Assembly (NCBI GenBank): GCA_965228895.1
Contig: OZ245842.1
Span: forward strand, 1,984,001-2,048,000
Length of the DNA stretch: 64,000 bases
Direction of reading: 5' to 3'
Source of the DNA: Alphaproteobacteria bacterium
GTDB taxonomy: Bacteria; Pseudomonadota; Alphaproteobacteria; SP197
This document shows, one piece after another, positions 9,313-18,550 of the stretch (position 1 is the stretch's first letter; every line of letters begins with the position of its first letter). The translations under genes were made by a program, and so were the position numbers. Below the pieces are notes generated by a model. That model was not told the origin of the DNA. It ran no database searches and worked only from the letters and a program-made list of their open reading frames with translations.

Positions 9313-10038
9313 CTAGCGCGCGATGGCCGCGGTTCGCTCGGCATCCAGGGACTCGGCAAGCTCCTCAAGGCGCTGCTTGTCCTGGATGTAGAGCACCTTG
9401 TCGCGTTTCTCGACAATGCCGTCATGGGTCAGGTGGCTGACCACCCGGGCCACCGTCTCGCGGGTTGTGCTGGCGCGCCCGGCAATCTCCTTATGGGCGG
9501 GCATTGGGTAAATGACCCAGAAGCCTGCGCCGGCCGCATCCGGCTTGCACATGCGCAACAGTTCCAGATAGACGCGCTGGACGGCGCCCAGCGTGCTCAG
9601 ATCCATGATCCGGTCGTCGCAGGTCCTGACGATCTTGGCCAGGCGGCGGACCACGGTCTGCAGCACCGAAGGGTGCCGGCTCATCAGGTCCAGGAAGCTG
9701 CTGGGCGACATCATCGCGACCTGGGCCGCCTTGATCGCGACCACGGTGGCCGAGCGGGGCTCGCCGTCGATGGCGGCCAACTCGCCAAAATAGCCGCCGG
9801 TTCCGACGATCGCGTAGGCGACTTCACGGCCGGAACGCGAATAATTGACAATTCTGACGGAGCCATCGGCGACCAGGAACACGTCGCGATTGTCGCTGGC
9901 GCGGTCCATGATCTGCTCGCCGGCCTTGTAATTGCGCCAGCGGACGTTCTTTTCGAGCGCCTTGACCTCGTCCTCCGAGAGCTCGGAGAGCAGTCCGATG
10001 CCTGTCAAACCACGATTTTTGGTTGTCGGCTCGACCAC
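9313..10038 (-). CDS. Crp/Fnr-family transcriptional regulator with intact cNMP-binding cassette
   Basis: FGELAAIDGEPRSATV phosphate-binding cassette; HTH TTRETVAR. Confidence 0.92.
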   Translation of the reverse strand: MVEPTTKNRGLTGIGLLSELSEDEVKALEKNVRWRNYKAGEQIMDRASDNRDVFLVADGSVRIVNYSRSGREVAYAIVGTGGYFGELAAIDGEPRSATVVAIKAAQVAMMSPSSFLDLMSRHPSVLQTVVRRLAKIVRTCDDRIMDLSTLGAVQRVYLELLRMCKPDAAGAGFWVIYPMPAHKEIAGRASTTRETVARVVSHLTHDGIVEKRDKVLYIQDKQRLEELAESLDAERTAAIAR

Positions 10039-10226
10039 GTTGATCCCCCAATCGCCGGCTATTCCAGCGTAGATACTAGCAAACCCAAGGCATCGGGTGC
10101 AAAAGTAGTGAAAATATGGCGACGGATGGCGCCACTTACCAGCATAGACCCGCCGCCGACTCCGGCCGGCGTGAACGGAGCCAAGAGGTCAGATCTTTGG
10201 AACACGCGCAACGGAAGCACACGGCA

Positions 10227-13200
10227 ATGAAGGTTGATACTGACCCGCTCGTGTTCTCGCAGCAAACGGCCCCTTATGACAACCTTCGTCATCGTCTGAA
10301 CGCCGCCTATCGCGAAGACGAAGCGGCGGCCATCGACGGGCTGCTCGACCTCGCGACCTTTGACGAGGCCGTCCGGCGCAGAATCAGACGCCGGGCACGC
10401 GACCTGGTCGCCCATGTGCGGGCCCGGCGTCAGCAGACCGGCGGTATCGACGCCTTCATGAGCGAGTATGACCTGTCGAGCCAGGAAGGCATCGTTTTGA
10501 TGTGCATGGCCGAGGCGTTGTTGCGCATTCCCGATGCCGACACCGCCGACAAGCTGATCCGCGACAAGATCTCGGTCGCCAACTGGGAGGAGCATCTGGG
10601 CGGCAGCGACTCCTTGTTCGTTAACGCGTCGACCTGGGGCCTGCTGCTGACCGGCCGGGTGGTCAACCTTGACCGCACGTGGCGCGACGACATGGCGCGC
10701 GGCATCGGCCGGCTGATTACGCGTGCCGGTGAGCCGATCATCCGACAAGCGATGACCCAGGCCATGCGCATCATGGGCCGCCAGTTCGTCATGGGACGCA
10801 CCATCGACGAAGCCTTGGAGCGTGCGCGCGATTCGGAGAACCGCGGCTACCGGCACTCTTATGACATGCTGGGCGAGGCAGCGCGCACCATGGCCGATGC
10901 CGACGGCTATATGGAAGCCTATGAGGGCGCGATCGTTCGTGTCGGTGCGTCGACCAACGAACAGGACCCGTTTGCCAAGCCGAGCATCTCGGTGAAACTG
11001 TCGGCCTTGCATCCGCGCTACGAACTCGCCCAGGCCGATCGGGTCATGGCCGAGTTGGCGCCACGGCTGCTCGAACTCTCCCGGCTGGCACGTCAGCACG
11101 GCATCGCATTGACCGTGGATGCGGAGGAGGCTGATCGGCTGGATCTTTCTCTCGACGTGTTTGCCTGGGTCGCGGCCGATGACAGCCTGAAGGGCTGGGA
11201 CGGTTTAGGGCTGGCTGTCCAGGCCTACCAAAAGCGCGCGATTCATCTGATCGACTGGTTGGCGCAATTGGCCGCGGATCAGGGGCGCCGGTTGCCGGTC
11301 AGGCTGGTCAAAGGCGCCTACTGGGATACGGAGATCAAGCGTACCCAGGAGCAGGGTCTGAACGGCTATCCGGTGTTCACCCGCAAACCCAGCACCGATG
11401 TTTCCTATATCGCCTGCGCAAGAAAACTGCTGGAACAGCCCAAGGCGTTCTATCCCCAATTCGCCACCCACAACGCGCAGTCGCTCGCCACCATTCTGAC
11501 GCTTGCGGAAGGCCGCCAGGACTTTGAATTCCAGCGTCTTCACGGCATGGGCGAGGCGCTCTACGAAAAGATCATCGGCGACGAAAAGCTCGGTCTGAGC
11601 TGCCGTGTCTACGCACCGGTCGGCAGTCACGAGCATCTGCTCGCCTATCTCGTCCGTAGGCTCCTGGAGAACGGCGCAAACACGTCGTTCGTCAACCGGA
11701 TCGTTGACGATGATCTGCCGCTCGACGTCATGGTGGTTGATCCGGCCGATCAGATACGCCACGCCGAACCACGGGCGCACCCGGCCATTCCCTTGCCAGT
11801 GGATCTTTTTGGTCCAGAGCGCAAGAACGCGCGCGGCATCGACCTGGCCGATCGCGAAGTGCTGATGACGTTGGCGCACGATATGGAACGAGCGGCGTCC
11901 AAGCCGTTCAGCGCGGCGCCGATTGTCAACGGTCGGATCTCCTCGGGCACGCAACGTGTCATCACCGATCCGGCCGATCGCCGCCGCGAGGTCGGCGTCG
12001 TGATCGATGTGACGGAAGCCGATATGGAGGCGGCGTTGGCGAGCGCCCACAACGCGGCGCCCGGTTGGGCCGCGACGCCTGCCGACGAGCGTGCGGCGTG
12101 CCTGGAACGCGCGGCCGATTTGTTGGAAGCCAACATGGCCGAGGCGATGGCGATCGCCGCGCGCGAAGCCGGCAAGACACTGGTCGACGGTGTCGCCGAG
12201 GTGCGTGAGGCCGTCGACTTCTGCCGCTACTACGCGCAGCGTGCCAGGATGGATTTTGCCGGCGACGAGGTTCTGCCGGGGCCAACCGGCGAACGCAATG
12301 TCATCCGCTTGTCGGGGCGCGGTGTTTTCTTGTGCATCTCGCCGTGGAACTTCCCGCTGGCGATCTTTACCGGTCAGGTCAGCGCGGCGCTTGCCGCCGG
12401 CAACGCGGTCCTGGCCAAACCGGCTGAACAGACATCGGTGATGGGGGCGTTCGTCGTGCGTCTGCTGCATCAGGCCGGCATCCCGACCGACGTCCTGCAT
12501 CTGTTGCCCGGAGACGGCGCCCAAATTGGTGGCCGGTTGGTGGGCGACAACCGCATCGCCGGCGTGTGTTTTACCGGCTCGACCGAGACCGCCCATATCA
12601 TCAACCGCACGCTCGCCGGGCGCGATGGTCCGATCGTGCCGTTGATCGCGGAGACCGGCGGACAAAACGCCATGATCGTCGACTCGAGCGCACTGCCCGA
12701 GCAGGTCATCGCCGATGTCATTCGCTCCGCCGTCAACAGTGCCGGCCAGCGCTGTTCGGCATTGCGCGTCTTGTTCGTGCAGCGCGATGTCGCCGACCAC
12801 GTGATCACTATGCTGACCGGCGCCATGGAAGAACTGCAGATCGGCAACCCCGGTCTGATCGCCACCGATGTCGGCCCGGTCATCGACGATGACGCCAAGG
12901 CGATGCTGGAGGCCCACGCCGAACGTATGGACCGTGAGGCGAAGCTCTTGTTTCGCGCGACACTGCCCGACGCCTGCCGCCATGGCACCTTCGTTGCGCC
13001 ACGTGCGTACGAGATCGACTCGCTCGATCGTCTCGACCGCGAGGTGTTCGGTCCGATCCTTCACGTCGTGCGATTTGCCTCCGATCGCCTGGACGAGACA
13101 ATCGATGCGATCAACGGCACCGGCTATGGTCTGACCCTGGGCATCCACACACGCATTGACGAGACCGCGCGCCACGTTATCGCGCGGGCCCGCGTCGGCA

Positions 13201-13394
13201 ATGTCTACGTCAACCGCAACATCATCGGCGCCATTGTCGGCTCGCAGCCGTTCGGTGGTGAAGGATTGTCGGGAACCGGTCCGAAAGCCGGCGGTCCGCA
13301 TTACCTCCACCGGTTCGCGACCGAGCGCGTCGTGTCGACCGACACGACGGCCGCCGGCGGCAACGCGGCGCTGATGACACTTGAAGAGGGTTAG
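10227..13394 (+). CDS. putA: Bifunctional proline dehydrogenase / P5C dehydrogenase
   Basis: SYDMLGEAA, SVKLSALHPRY, RLVKGAYWD, FEFQRLHGMG, SPWNFPLAIF, AETGGQN, AGQRCSALR; start assigned to ATG 10227 (10116 is the longer alternative). Confidence 0.95.
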   Translation: MKVDTDPLVFSQQTAPYDNLRHRLNAAYREDEAAAIDGLLDLATFDEAVRRRIRRRARDLVAHVRARRQQTGGIDAFMSEYDLSSQEGIVLMCMAEALLRIPDADTADKLIRDKISVANWEEHLGGSDSLFVNASTWGLLLTGRVVNLDRTWRDDMARGIGRLITRAGEPIIRQAMTQAMRIMGRQFVMGRTIDEALERARDSENRGYRHSYDMLGEAARTMADADGYMEAYEGAIVRVGASTNEQDPFAKPSISVKLSALHPRYELAQADRVMAELAPRLLELSRLARQHGIALTVDAEEADRLDLSLDVFAWVAADDSLKGWDGLGLAVQAYQKRAIHLIDWLAQLAADQGRRLPVRLVKGAYWDTEIKRTQEQGLNGYPVFTRKPSTDVSYIACARKLLEQPKAFYPQFATHNAQSLATILTLAEGRQDFEFQRLHGMGEALYEKIIGDEKLGLSCRVYAPVGSHEHLLAYLVRRLLENGANTSFVNRIVDDDLPLDVMVVDPADQIRHAEPRAHPAIPLPVDLFGPERKNARGIDLADREVLMTLAHDMERAASKPFSAAPIVNGRISSGTQRVITDPADRRREVGVVIDVTEADMEAALASAHNAAPGWAATPADERAACLERAADLLEANMAEAMAIAAREAGKTLVDGVAEVREAVDFCRYYAQRARMDFAGDEVLPGPTGERNVIRLSGRGVFLCISPWNFPLAIFTGQVSAALAAGNAVLAKPAEQTSVMGAFVVRLLHQAGIPTDVLHLLPGDGAQIGGRLVGDNRIAGVCFTGSTETAHIINRTLAGRDGPIVPLIAETGGQNAMIVDSSALPEQVIADVIRSAVNSAGQRCSALRVLFVQRDVADHVITMLTGAMEELQIGNPGLIATDVGPVIDDDAKAMLEAHAERMDREAKLLFRATLPDACRHGTFVAPRAYEIDSLDRLDREVFGPILHVVRFASDRLDETIDAINGTGYGLTLGIHTRIDETARHVIARARVGNVYVNRNIIGAIVGSQPFGGEGLSGTGPKAGGPHYLHRFATERVVSTDTTAAGGNAALMTLEEG

Positions 13395-13419
13395 GGGGTT
13401 CCATATTTGGTCGGCATCA

Positions 13420-13488
13420 CCATCCCAATCCCCCACCCGGCCACCCCGAGGATGCTGCCATGGGTGGCCGGGCGGGGGGCCGGGACGG
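13420..13488. repeat. 69-nt palindromic (REP-like) element between convergent putA and LpxR-family genes
   Basis: 27-nt arms 13420-13446 and 13462-13488 with a 15-nt loop; 22/27 Watson-Crick pairs. Confidence 0.7.
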
Positions 13489-13522
13489 CTACGGCCCGCG
13501 CGAGCGGTGAACGATTGAGTCG

Positions 13523-14554
13523 CTAAAAACCGGCCGAGACGGTGACGGCGCCATAGACGTCCGGTGCGTCCTGGCCGTCAAACTCCTTCGAGCGGAAGAT
13601 CTGGGTAAAACCCATGCGCACATCGCCCAACGTGGCGACGATGCCGGTCTGAAATTCGCCGACCAGGTATTTTTTGTCGACGCTATGGCTGTTGCGGAAC
13701 GTGTTGCCGTCCAGAAAGATATTGTAGGCGACGGCACGACCCTGAATGCCACCGAAGACATACCAGTTGAAGTCGTCCCAGCCGCGTCGTTCGAAGTAAC
13801 CGGAGCCGGGCAGGCTGGGCTGGATCAGCGGCGGGCCGAAGTCCTGACTCAAATCGCTGCCGAGGCGCAGCATCAGTCCGGTCGTGCCATAGGTGTAGAC
13901 GTTGCCGAGGGCAAAACCCCAATTGGGCGTGGCGTCGGCCTCAAGACCGAACACCTTCATGGGTGCATAGCCGTGAAACTGCCGCTCATAGGTCAGCATG
14001 ACGGCGGGCTCGTTGCGGATCTGGTTGTCCCAGCCTTCACCGATCGGTGCGCTGATAAGGCGGTGAAACTCGGTCTGCACCTGTTCCGCATAGGAGGCCG
14101 GACCCACAACACCGAGTGATAGCGCCACGAGGTCGCGCCGCGCCGCCGTCGTGGATTCGACGCCGATATCGACGTAGAGCCAGCCGGCATAGGGGCGGTC
14201 GTCCTCGACCACCTCCGTGGCCGACAAGTCGTCGGGGGTGAACATGCTCTGGCCGACGGCAAAGCTGGTTCTAAGGTCGCCCCATTCGTCGAAGAAGGGC
14301 AACGCCTGGACGCCATTGCGAACGAAGCCCGGAACTTCGTTGGCGCCGGAGAAATAGGCGAGGCGCATGCCGTGGGTGTATTGGCTGTCGTCCTCGGAGA
14401 CGAAGTAGTCGTTCTCGACCTGCGCGGTGATGATTGGCCCTTTGTCGGCGCGCTGCTCGGCCGGTTGGTCGGTATCCTTATCGTCCTCGGCGGCGGCCGG
14501 TTGTCCGGCCACCAGGAAACATGCCGCAATGCCGATCAGCCACCTGTTAGCCAA
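13523..14554 (-). CDS. Lipid A deacylase LpxR family outer-membrane beta-barrel (DUF2219)
   Basis: Signal peptide, END.F...D..YT.G, GQ..FTP, DRPYAGWLY, GW.NQ..NE, N.FLDG, C-terminal Phe. Confidence 0.88.
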   Translation of the reverse strand: MANRWLIGIAACFLVAGQPAAAEDDKDTDQPAEQRADKGPIITAQVENDYFVSEDDSQYTHGMRLAYFSGANEVPGFVRNGVQALPFFDEWGDLRTSFAVGQSMFTPDDLSATEVVEDDRPYAGWLYVDIGVESTTAARRDLVALSLGVVGPASYAEQVQTEFHRLISAPIGEGWDNQIRNEPAVMLTYERQFHGYAPMKVFGLEADATPNWGFALGNVYTYGTTGLMLRLGSDLSQDFGPPLIQPSLPGSGYFERRGWDDFNWYVFGGIQGRAVAYNIFLDGNTFRNSHSVDKKYLVGEFQTGIVATLGDVRMGFTQIFRSKEFDGQDAPDVYGAVTVSAGF

Positions 14555-15722
14555 GCGTTCCGTCCATGGCGTTTCGGAAAACCTGGGCCAGGTTGTCCGG
14601 GTTCAGCGGCACCGGGTTGGTGCCCGCTGTCGGATCGTTGGCCGCCTGGCGGATCAGGTCGTCGGTCCGGCTGTCGTCGACGCCAAGACCGCGCAGCGTG
14701 TGATCGATGGAAAGTTCGTTGCGCAAATCCAGGACCCACGTAAGGACGGCATCGAAGGACGGGTCGGGAAGACCCAGGTAACGCGCAAGCGCCGTATAAC
14801 GGTCAGCCACGGCGTCGCGGTTGAAGACCATGACGTAAGGCATGACTACGGCATTAGTGCGGCCATGATGGGTGTGGAATAAGGCGCCGATCGGATGAGA
14901 CAGCGAATGGATCGCGCCGAGGCCTTTCTGAAATGACGTCGCGCCCATGGTCGCGGCGACCAGCATGTTGCCGCGCGCCTCAAGATCGCTGCCGTCGACG
15001 ACCGCACGGGGCAGGAAGTCCTTCACCAGGCGCATGCCCTCAAGCGCGATGCCGTCGGCCATCGGGTGGTAACCTGGTGCGCTGAACGCTTCCAAGTTAT
15101 GGGCCAACGCATCCATGCCGGTCCAGGCGGTGATGTTGGCGGGCAGGCCGACCGTCAGTTCTGGGTCGGAGATGACGACCGCGGGCAGCATCTTGGGATG
15201 AAAGATGATCTTCTTGGTGTGGTCGCTCTCGTCGGTGATGACCGACGCGCGGCCGACCTCCGATCCGGTCCCGGCCGTGGTCGGCACGGCGACGATCGGC
15301 GGTATGGCATCGGCATCGGCGCGGGTCCACCAGTCCTCGCGGTCCTCGAAGTCCCAGACCGGACGCTGCTGGCCGACCATGAGCGCGATCGCCTTGGCCG
15401 CATCCATGCCGCTGCCGCCGCCCCAGGCAATGACGCCGTCATGACCGCCGGCGCGCATCACCGCAATGCCGTCCTCGACGTTCTTGCCGACGGGATTGGG
15501 CTGGATGTCGGAAAACAGCCCGGTCGGCAGGCCGGCGGCCTCGTTGGCGGCTATCGCGTCCTTGACCATCGGCAGATCGGCCAAACCGGGATCGGTCACC
15601 AACAGGGGGCGCGTCATGCCGAGTTCGCGGCAGATGGCGGGCAACTCGGCGATCCGGCCAGCCCCGAAGCGCATGGTGGTCGGATAGCTCCAATTGGCGT
15701 TGGGCAGGCTCTTGGTTGTCAT
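14547..15722 (-). CDS. Iron-containing alcohol dehydrogenase
   Basis: NWSYPT..RFG.G, GGGSGMD, PTTAGTGSE, GMDALAH, HSLSH, HHG metal ligands; ATG at 15722. Confidence 0.92.
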   Translation of the reverse strand: MTTKSLPNANWSYPTTMRFGAGRIAELPAICRELGMTRPLLVTDPGLADLPMVKDAIAANEAAGLPTGLFSDIQPNPVGKNVEDGIAVMRAGGHDGVIAWGGGSGMDAAKAIALMVGQQRPVWDFEDREDWWTRADADAIPPIVAVPTTAGTGSEVGRASVITDESDHTKKIIFHPKMLPAVVISDPELTVGLPANITAWTGMDALAHNLEAFSAPGYHPMADGIALEGMRLVKDFLPRAVVDGSDLEARGNMLVAATMGATSFQKGLGAIHSLSHPIGALFHTHHGRTNAVVMPYVMVFNRDAVADRYTALARYLGLPDPSFDAVLTWVLDLRNELSIDHTLRGLGVDDSRTDDLIRQAANDPTAGTNPVPLNPDNLAQVFRNAMDGTLG

Positions 15723-15822
15723 CGGATGGGTTCCCTGATTACGTGGACCGGTGCGATAGGTCGGCGCTTGGCCATAGAGGGCCATGTCTAGCGCCGCAGC
15801 GCGGGCATGGGGAGCGGATTCT

Positions 15823-16710
15823 TTGGCTGAAACCATCGATGTCATCTTTGATACCGATCCAGGCAAGGATGATGCCTTTGCGTTGTTTTTGGCGCTTGCC
15901 GCCGCCGAACGCCTTAACGTCTTGGCTCTCACCACGGCAGCCGGCAATCTGGGCCTCGAAACCACCACGTCCGCGGCGCGCCGCATTGTGGAGGCGGCCG
16001 GTCGCCCCGAGATTCCCGTCTACAGCGGCTGTCCGGGCCCCCTGTTGTGTGCTCACGAACCGATACCTCACCTCCACGGTCATGACGGCCTGGGCGGTTC
16101 GGGTTTGCCGCAGATGGTGCATGGTCCTCAGGCGGAGCACGCGGTCCTGAAGCTGATTGACCTGATTGACCAAGCGGAAAGGCCGATAACGCTCGCCGCC
16201 ATCGCGCCGCTCACCAATCTGGCGCTCGCCTTCACCATGCGGCCGGATCTTGCCGCCAGGTTGGAGCGGCTGGTGATCATGGGTGGCGCCAGAGCCGGCG
16301 GCAACATGACCGAACATGCTGAGTTCAACATCTATGTCGATCCACATGCCGCTCAGATCGTCTTGTCGGCGGGCGCGCCAACGGTGGTGGTGCCGCTCGA
16401 TATCACCCGTCCGACACTGCCCGAACCCCGCTGGTTCGAGGGTCTTGCGAACCAGGGAGCTTCGGGACGGGCGATCGCCGGCATGTGGCGCGAAAGGGCC
16501 ATGCCGCTTCACGACGTCACCGTGACGGCTTATCTGCTGTGGCCCGAGCTTTTTAGCCTGGAGCGCTGCCAGATTGATGTTGTCGTTGAGGACCGCGAGA
16601 CCTTGGGCCAGACACGGATCGAGCCGCGGGCAGACGGGCCCATCGACGTCGTCGTCGACATTGACCGAGAGAGGCTCTACGACAACATAGAATCGACATT
16701 AAGCGAGTAG
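15823..16710 (+). CDS. Inosine/uridine-preferring nucleoside hydrolase family protein
   Basis: DTDPGKDD Ca-binding motif, HGHDGLG, PLTNLA, MGG, AEFNIYVDPHAA, LHD; TTG start after GGGAG (15784 ATG is the alternative). Confidence 0.9.
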   Translation: MAETIDVIFDTDPGKDDAFALFLALAAAERLNVLALTTAAGNLGLETTTSAARRIVEAAGRPEIPVYSGCPGPLLCAHEPIPHLHGHDGLGGSGLPQMVHGPQAEHAVLKLIDLIDQAERPITLAAIAPLTNLALAFTMRPDLAARLERLVIMGGARAGGNMTEHAEFNIYVDPHAAQIVLSAGAPTVVVPLDITRPTLPEPRWFEGLANQGASGRAIAGMWRERAMPLHDVTVTAYLLWPELFSLERCQIDVVVEDRETLGQTRIEPRADGPIDVVVDIDRERLYDNIESTLSE

Positions 16711-16863
16711 GTTTTATATTTATTATTCAATGTTCTATGTGGTATACATAATGTTTTACATAAGAGAAGAATGACGCAATTTCCGGTCGGCCTTTGGACC
16801 GTCTTCTCGCGGGTGCGATTGGCGCCCCAGGGCGGAAACATCCGTGCTATCGAATGGCCCGGT

Positions 16864-16879
16864 TGTGCACTAGGTCACA
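16864..16879. promoter_or_regulatory. Candidate CRP-type box upstream of HerA-like gene
   Basis: TGTGC-ACTAGG-TCACA versus TGTGA-N6-TCACA; TATAGT -10-like element at 16892-16897. Confidence 0.45.
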
Positions 16880-16948
16880 CCTCTTTAGGGGTATAGTCTG
16901 CCAGGATGGCGGCGAACTGGGGTAGCGGTTCGGGTTAGGAGAACCAGT

Positions 16949-18538
16949 ATGGATAGCAGTGGGGCGCGGCTTGGATACGTCTCGAGTATCGCGGGATCAC
17001 AAGTCACTGGCACCATAGACGGAACCGACGGAGCGGCCGCAGCGCAGGTGCGCATCGGCGCGCTGGTCAAGATGCAAACGCCTGAATCGATCGTTTTCGG
17101 CATCATTAATGGTCTGCGCAATTCGGACGCGACGGGATCCAGTCACGGCGCGGTCGAAGTCGGCTTGATGGGCGAGATCATGTTCGATGACACCGGCGCG
17201 GTGACCGGTAACTTCGAGCGTGGCGTGTCGATCTACCCGGCGCTGGGTGAGGAGATCTGCGTCGCCGTCTCTGAGGATTTGGGACGCGTCTATGCGCGTT
17301 CCGATAAGCCGGATGTGCAGGTCGGCACGTTCTATCAAGACCAGTCGATCGGCGCCCATCTGATGACCGACGACCTGATGGGCAAGCACTTCGTCGTGCT
17401 GGGTTCGACGGGCTCGGGCAAGTCCTGCACGGTGGCGTTGCTGTTGCGCAAGGTTCTGGAGAGTAACCAGAACGGACACATCATCCTGCTTGACCCGCAC
17501 AACGAGTATGCCGACGCGTTCAGCGAGTGGGCCGAGGTGATCAACACCACGAACCTCTATCTGCCCTATTGGCTGCTCAACTTCGAAGAGACGGCCGAGA
17601 TCATGTGCACCGGCGATGGCGCCGAACGCCAGGCCCAGATGGGTATCTTGAAGGACGCCCTTGTCGAAGCCAAAAAGATGTTCCAGGCCGAAGGCGAGGA
17701 CACATCCTACATCACCATCGATACGCCGGTGCCCTACAGGCTGGGTGAACTGAAACGCATCATCGATAACGCGATGGGCCAATACAACCGTGCCGAGAGT
17801 GTCGGCCCGTTCCAACGCCTGCTGGCCCGCATGGAGAGCGTCAGCAACGACCGTCGCTACGCCTTCATGTTTTCGAGCCGCATCGTCACCGACAATCTGG
17901 CCGAAGTTTTGGGCCGGCTCTTGCGTATGCCGGTCGATGGCAAACCGATCAGCATCCTGGATCTGTCGGGCGTGCCGTCCGAGATCGTCGATGTCGTCGT
18001 GTCGACCATGTGCCGCACGATCTTTGAGTTCAGCCTGTGGAGCGCCCATCCGCAGACCGTGCCGATCCTGCTGGTCTGCGAGGAGGCGCACCGCTACGTG
18101 CCGGCGCGCGATAGCGCGGGTTTCGGCCCAACCAAACAGTCGATCTCGCGCATCGCCAAGGAAGGCCGCAAATACGGCGTGTCGCTGGGACTGATCAGCC
18201 AGCGCCCGTCCGAGCTTTCCGACAGCATCATCAGTCAGTGCGGCACCATCATCGCGTTCCGCATGAGCAACGATCGCGATCAACATTTCGTGGCCAAGGT
18301 GCTGCCGGAGACCTCCCAGGGTCTGCTCAGTGTGCTGCCCGCGCTCAGAACGCAGGAAGCGGTTATTGTCGGCGACGCGATTTCGGTCCCCATGCGCGTC
18401 CGTTTCGAGGATTTGGCCGCTGAACACCGCCCGCGCAGCGGTAACGCGGCGTTTTCGGAGAGCTGGCAGCATGATTACGACTACGATGATTTCATGCAGC
18501 ACACGATCGATCGCTGGCGCCGGCAGCAGAGGTCATAA
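16949..18538 (+). CDS. HerA/FtsK-superfamily ATPase (DUF87, HAS-barrel N-terminus)
   Basis: H.VVLGSTGSGKS Walker A, LLDPHNEY, LLVCEEAHRY Walker B, IAKEGRKYG, ISQRPSEL; AGGAG RBS. Confidence 0.9.
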   Translation: MDSSGARLGYVSSIAGSQVTGTIDGTDGAAAAQVRIGALVKMQTPESIVFGIINGLRNSDATGSSHGAVEVGLMGEIMFDDTGAVTGNFERGVSIYPALGEEICVAVSEDLGRVYARSDKPDVQVGTFYQDQSIGAHLMTDDLMGKHFVVLGSTGSGKSCTVALLLRKVLESNQNGHIILLDPHNEYADAFSEWAEVINTTNLYLPYWLLNFEETAEIMCTGDGAERQAQMGILKDALVEAKKMFQAEGEDTSYITIDTPVPYRLGELKRIIDNAMGQYNRAESVGPFQRLLARMESVSNDRRYAFMFSSRIVTDNLAEVLGRLLRMPVDGKPISILDLSGVPSEIVDVVVSTMCRTIFEFSLWSAHPQTVPILLVCEEAHRYVPARDSAGFGPTKQSISRIAKEGRKYGVSLGLISQRPSELSDSIISQCGTIIAFRMSNDRDQHFVAKVLPETSQGLLSVLPALRTQEAVIVGDAISVPMRVRFEDLAAEHRPRSGNAAFSESWQHDYDYDDFMQHTIDRWRRQQRS

Positions 18539-18550
18539 AGCTAGCTCTTG

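Noticed and set aside
11205-13436. Long antisense ORFs (743 aa here; also 16997-18502, 20797-22401, 24927-26552, 30769-32163, 50394-51719 and others)
   Set aside because: They mirror well-supported genes on the opposite strand; expected stop-codon depletion in GC-rich coding DNA; no motifs
16753-16780. Chromosomal dif site
   Set aside because: XerC arm is poor and KOPS do not switch polarity here; kept only as a dif-like finding
16949-18538. HerA as part of a known defence system (Sir2-HerA, DUF4297-HerA) or HerA-NurA
   Set aside because: No Sir2, nuclease or NurA gene adjacent; upstream gene is an IU-type nucleoside hydrolase separated by 238 nt; composition looks native
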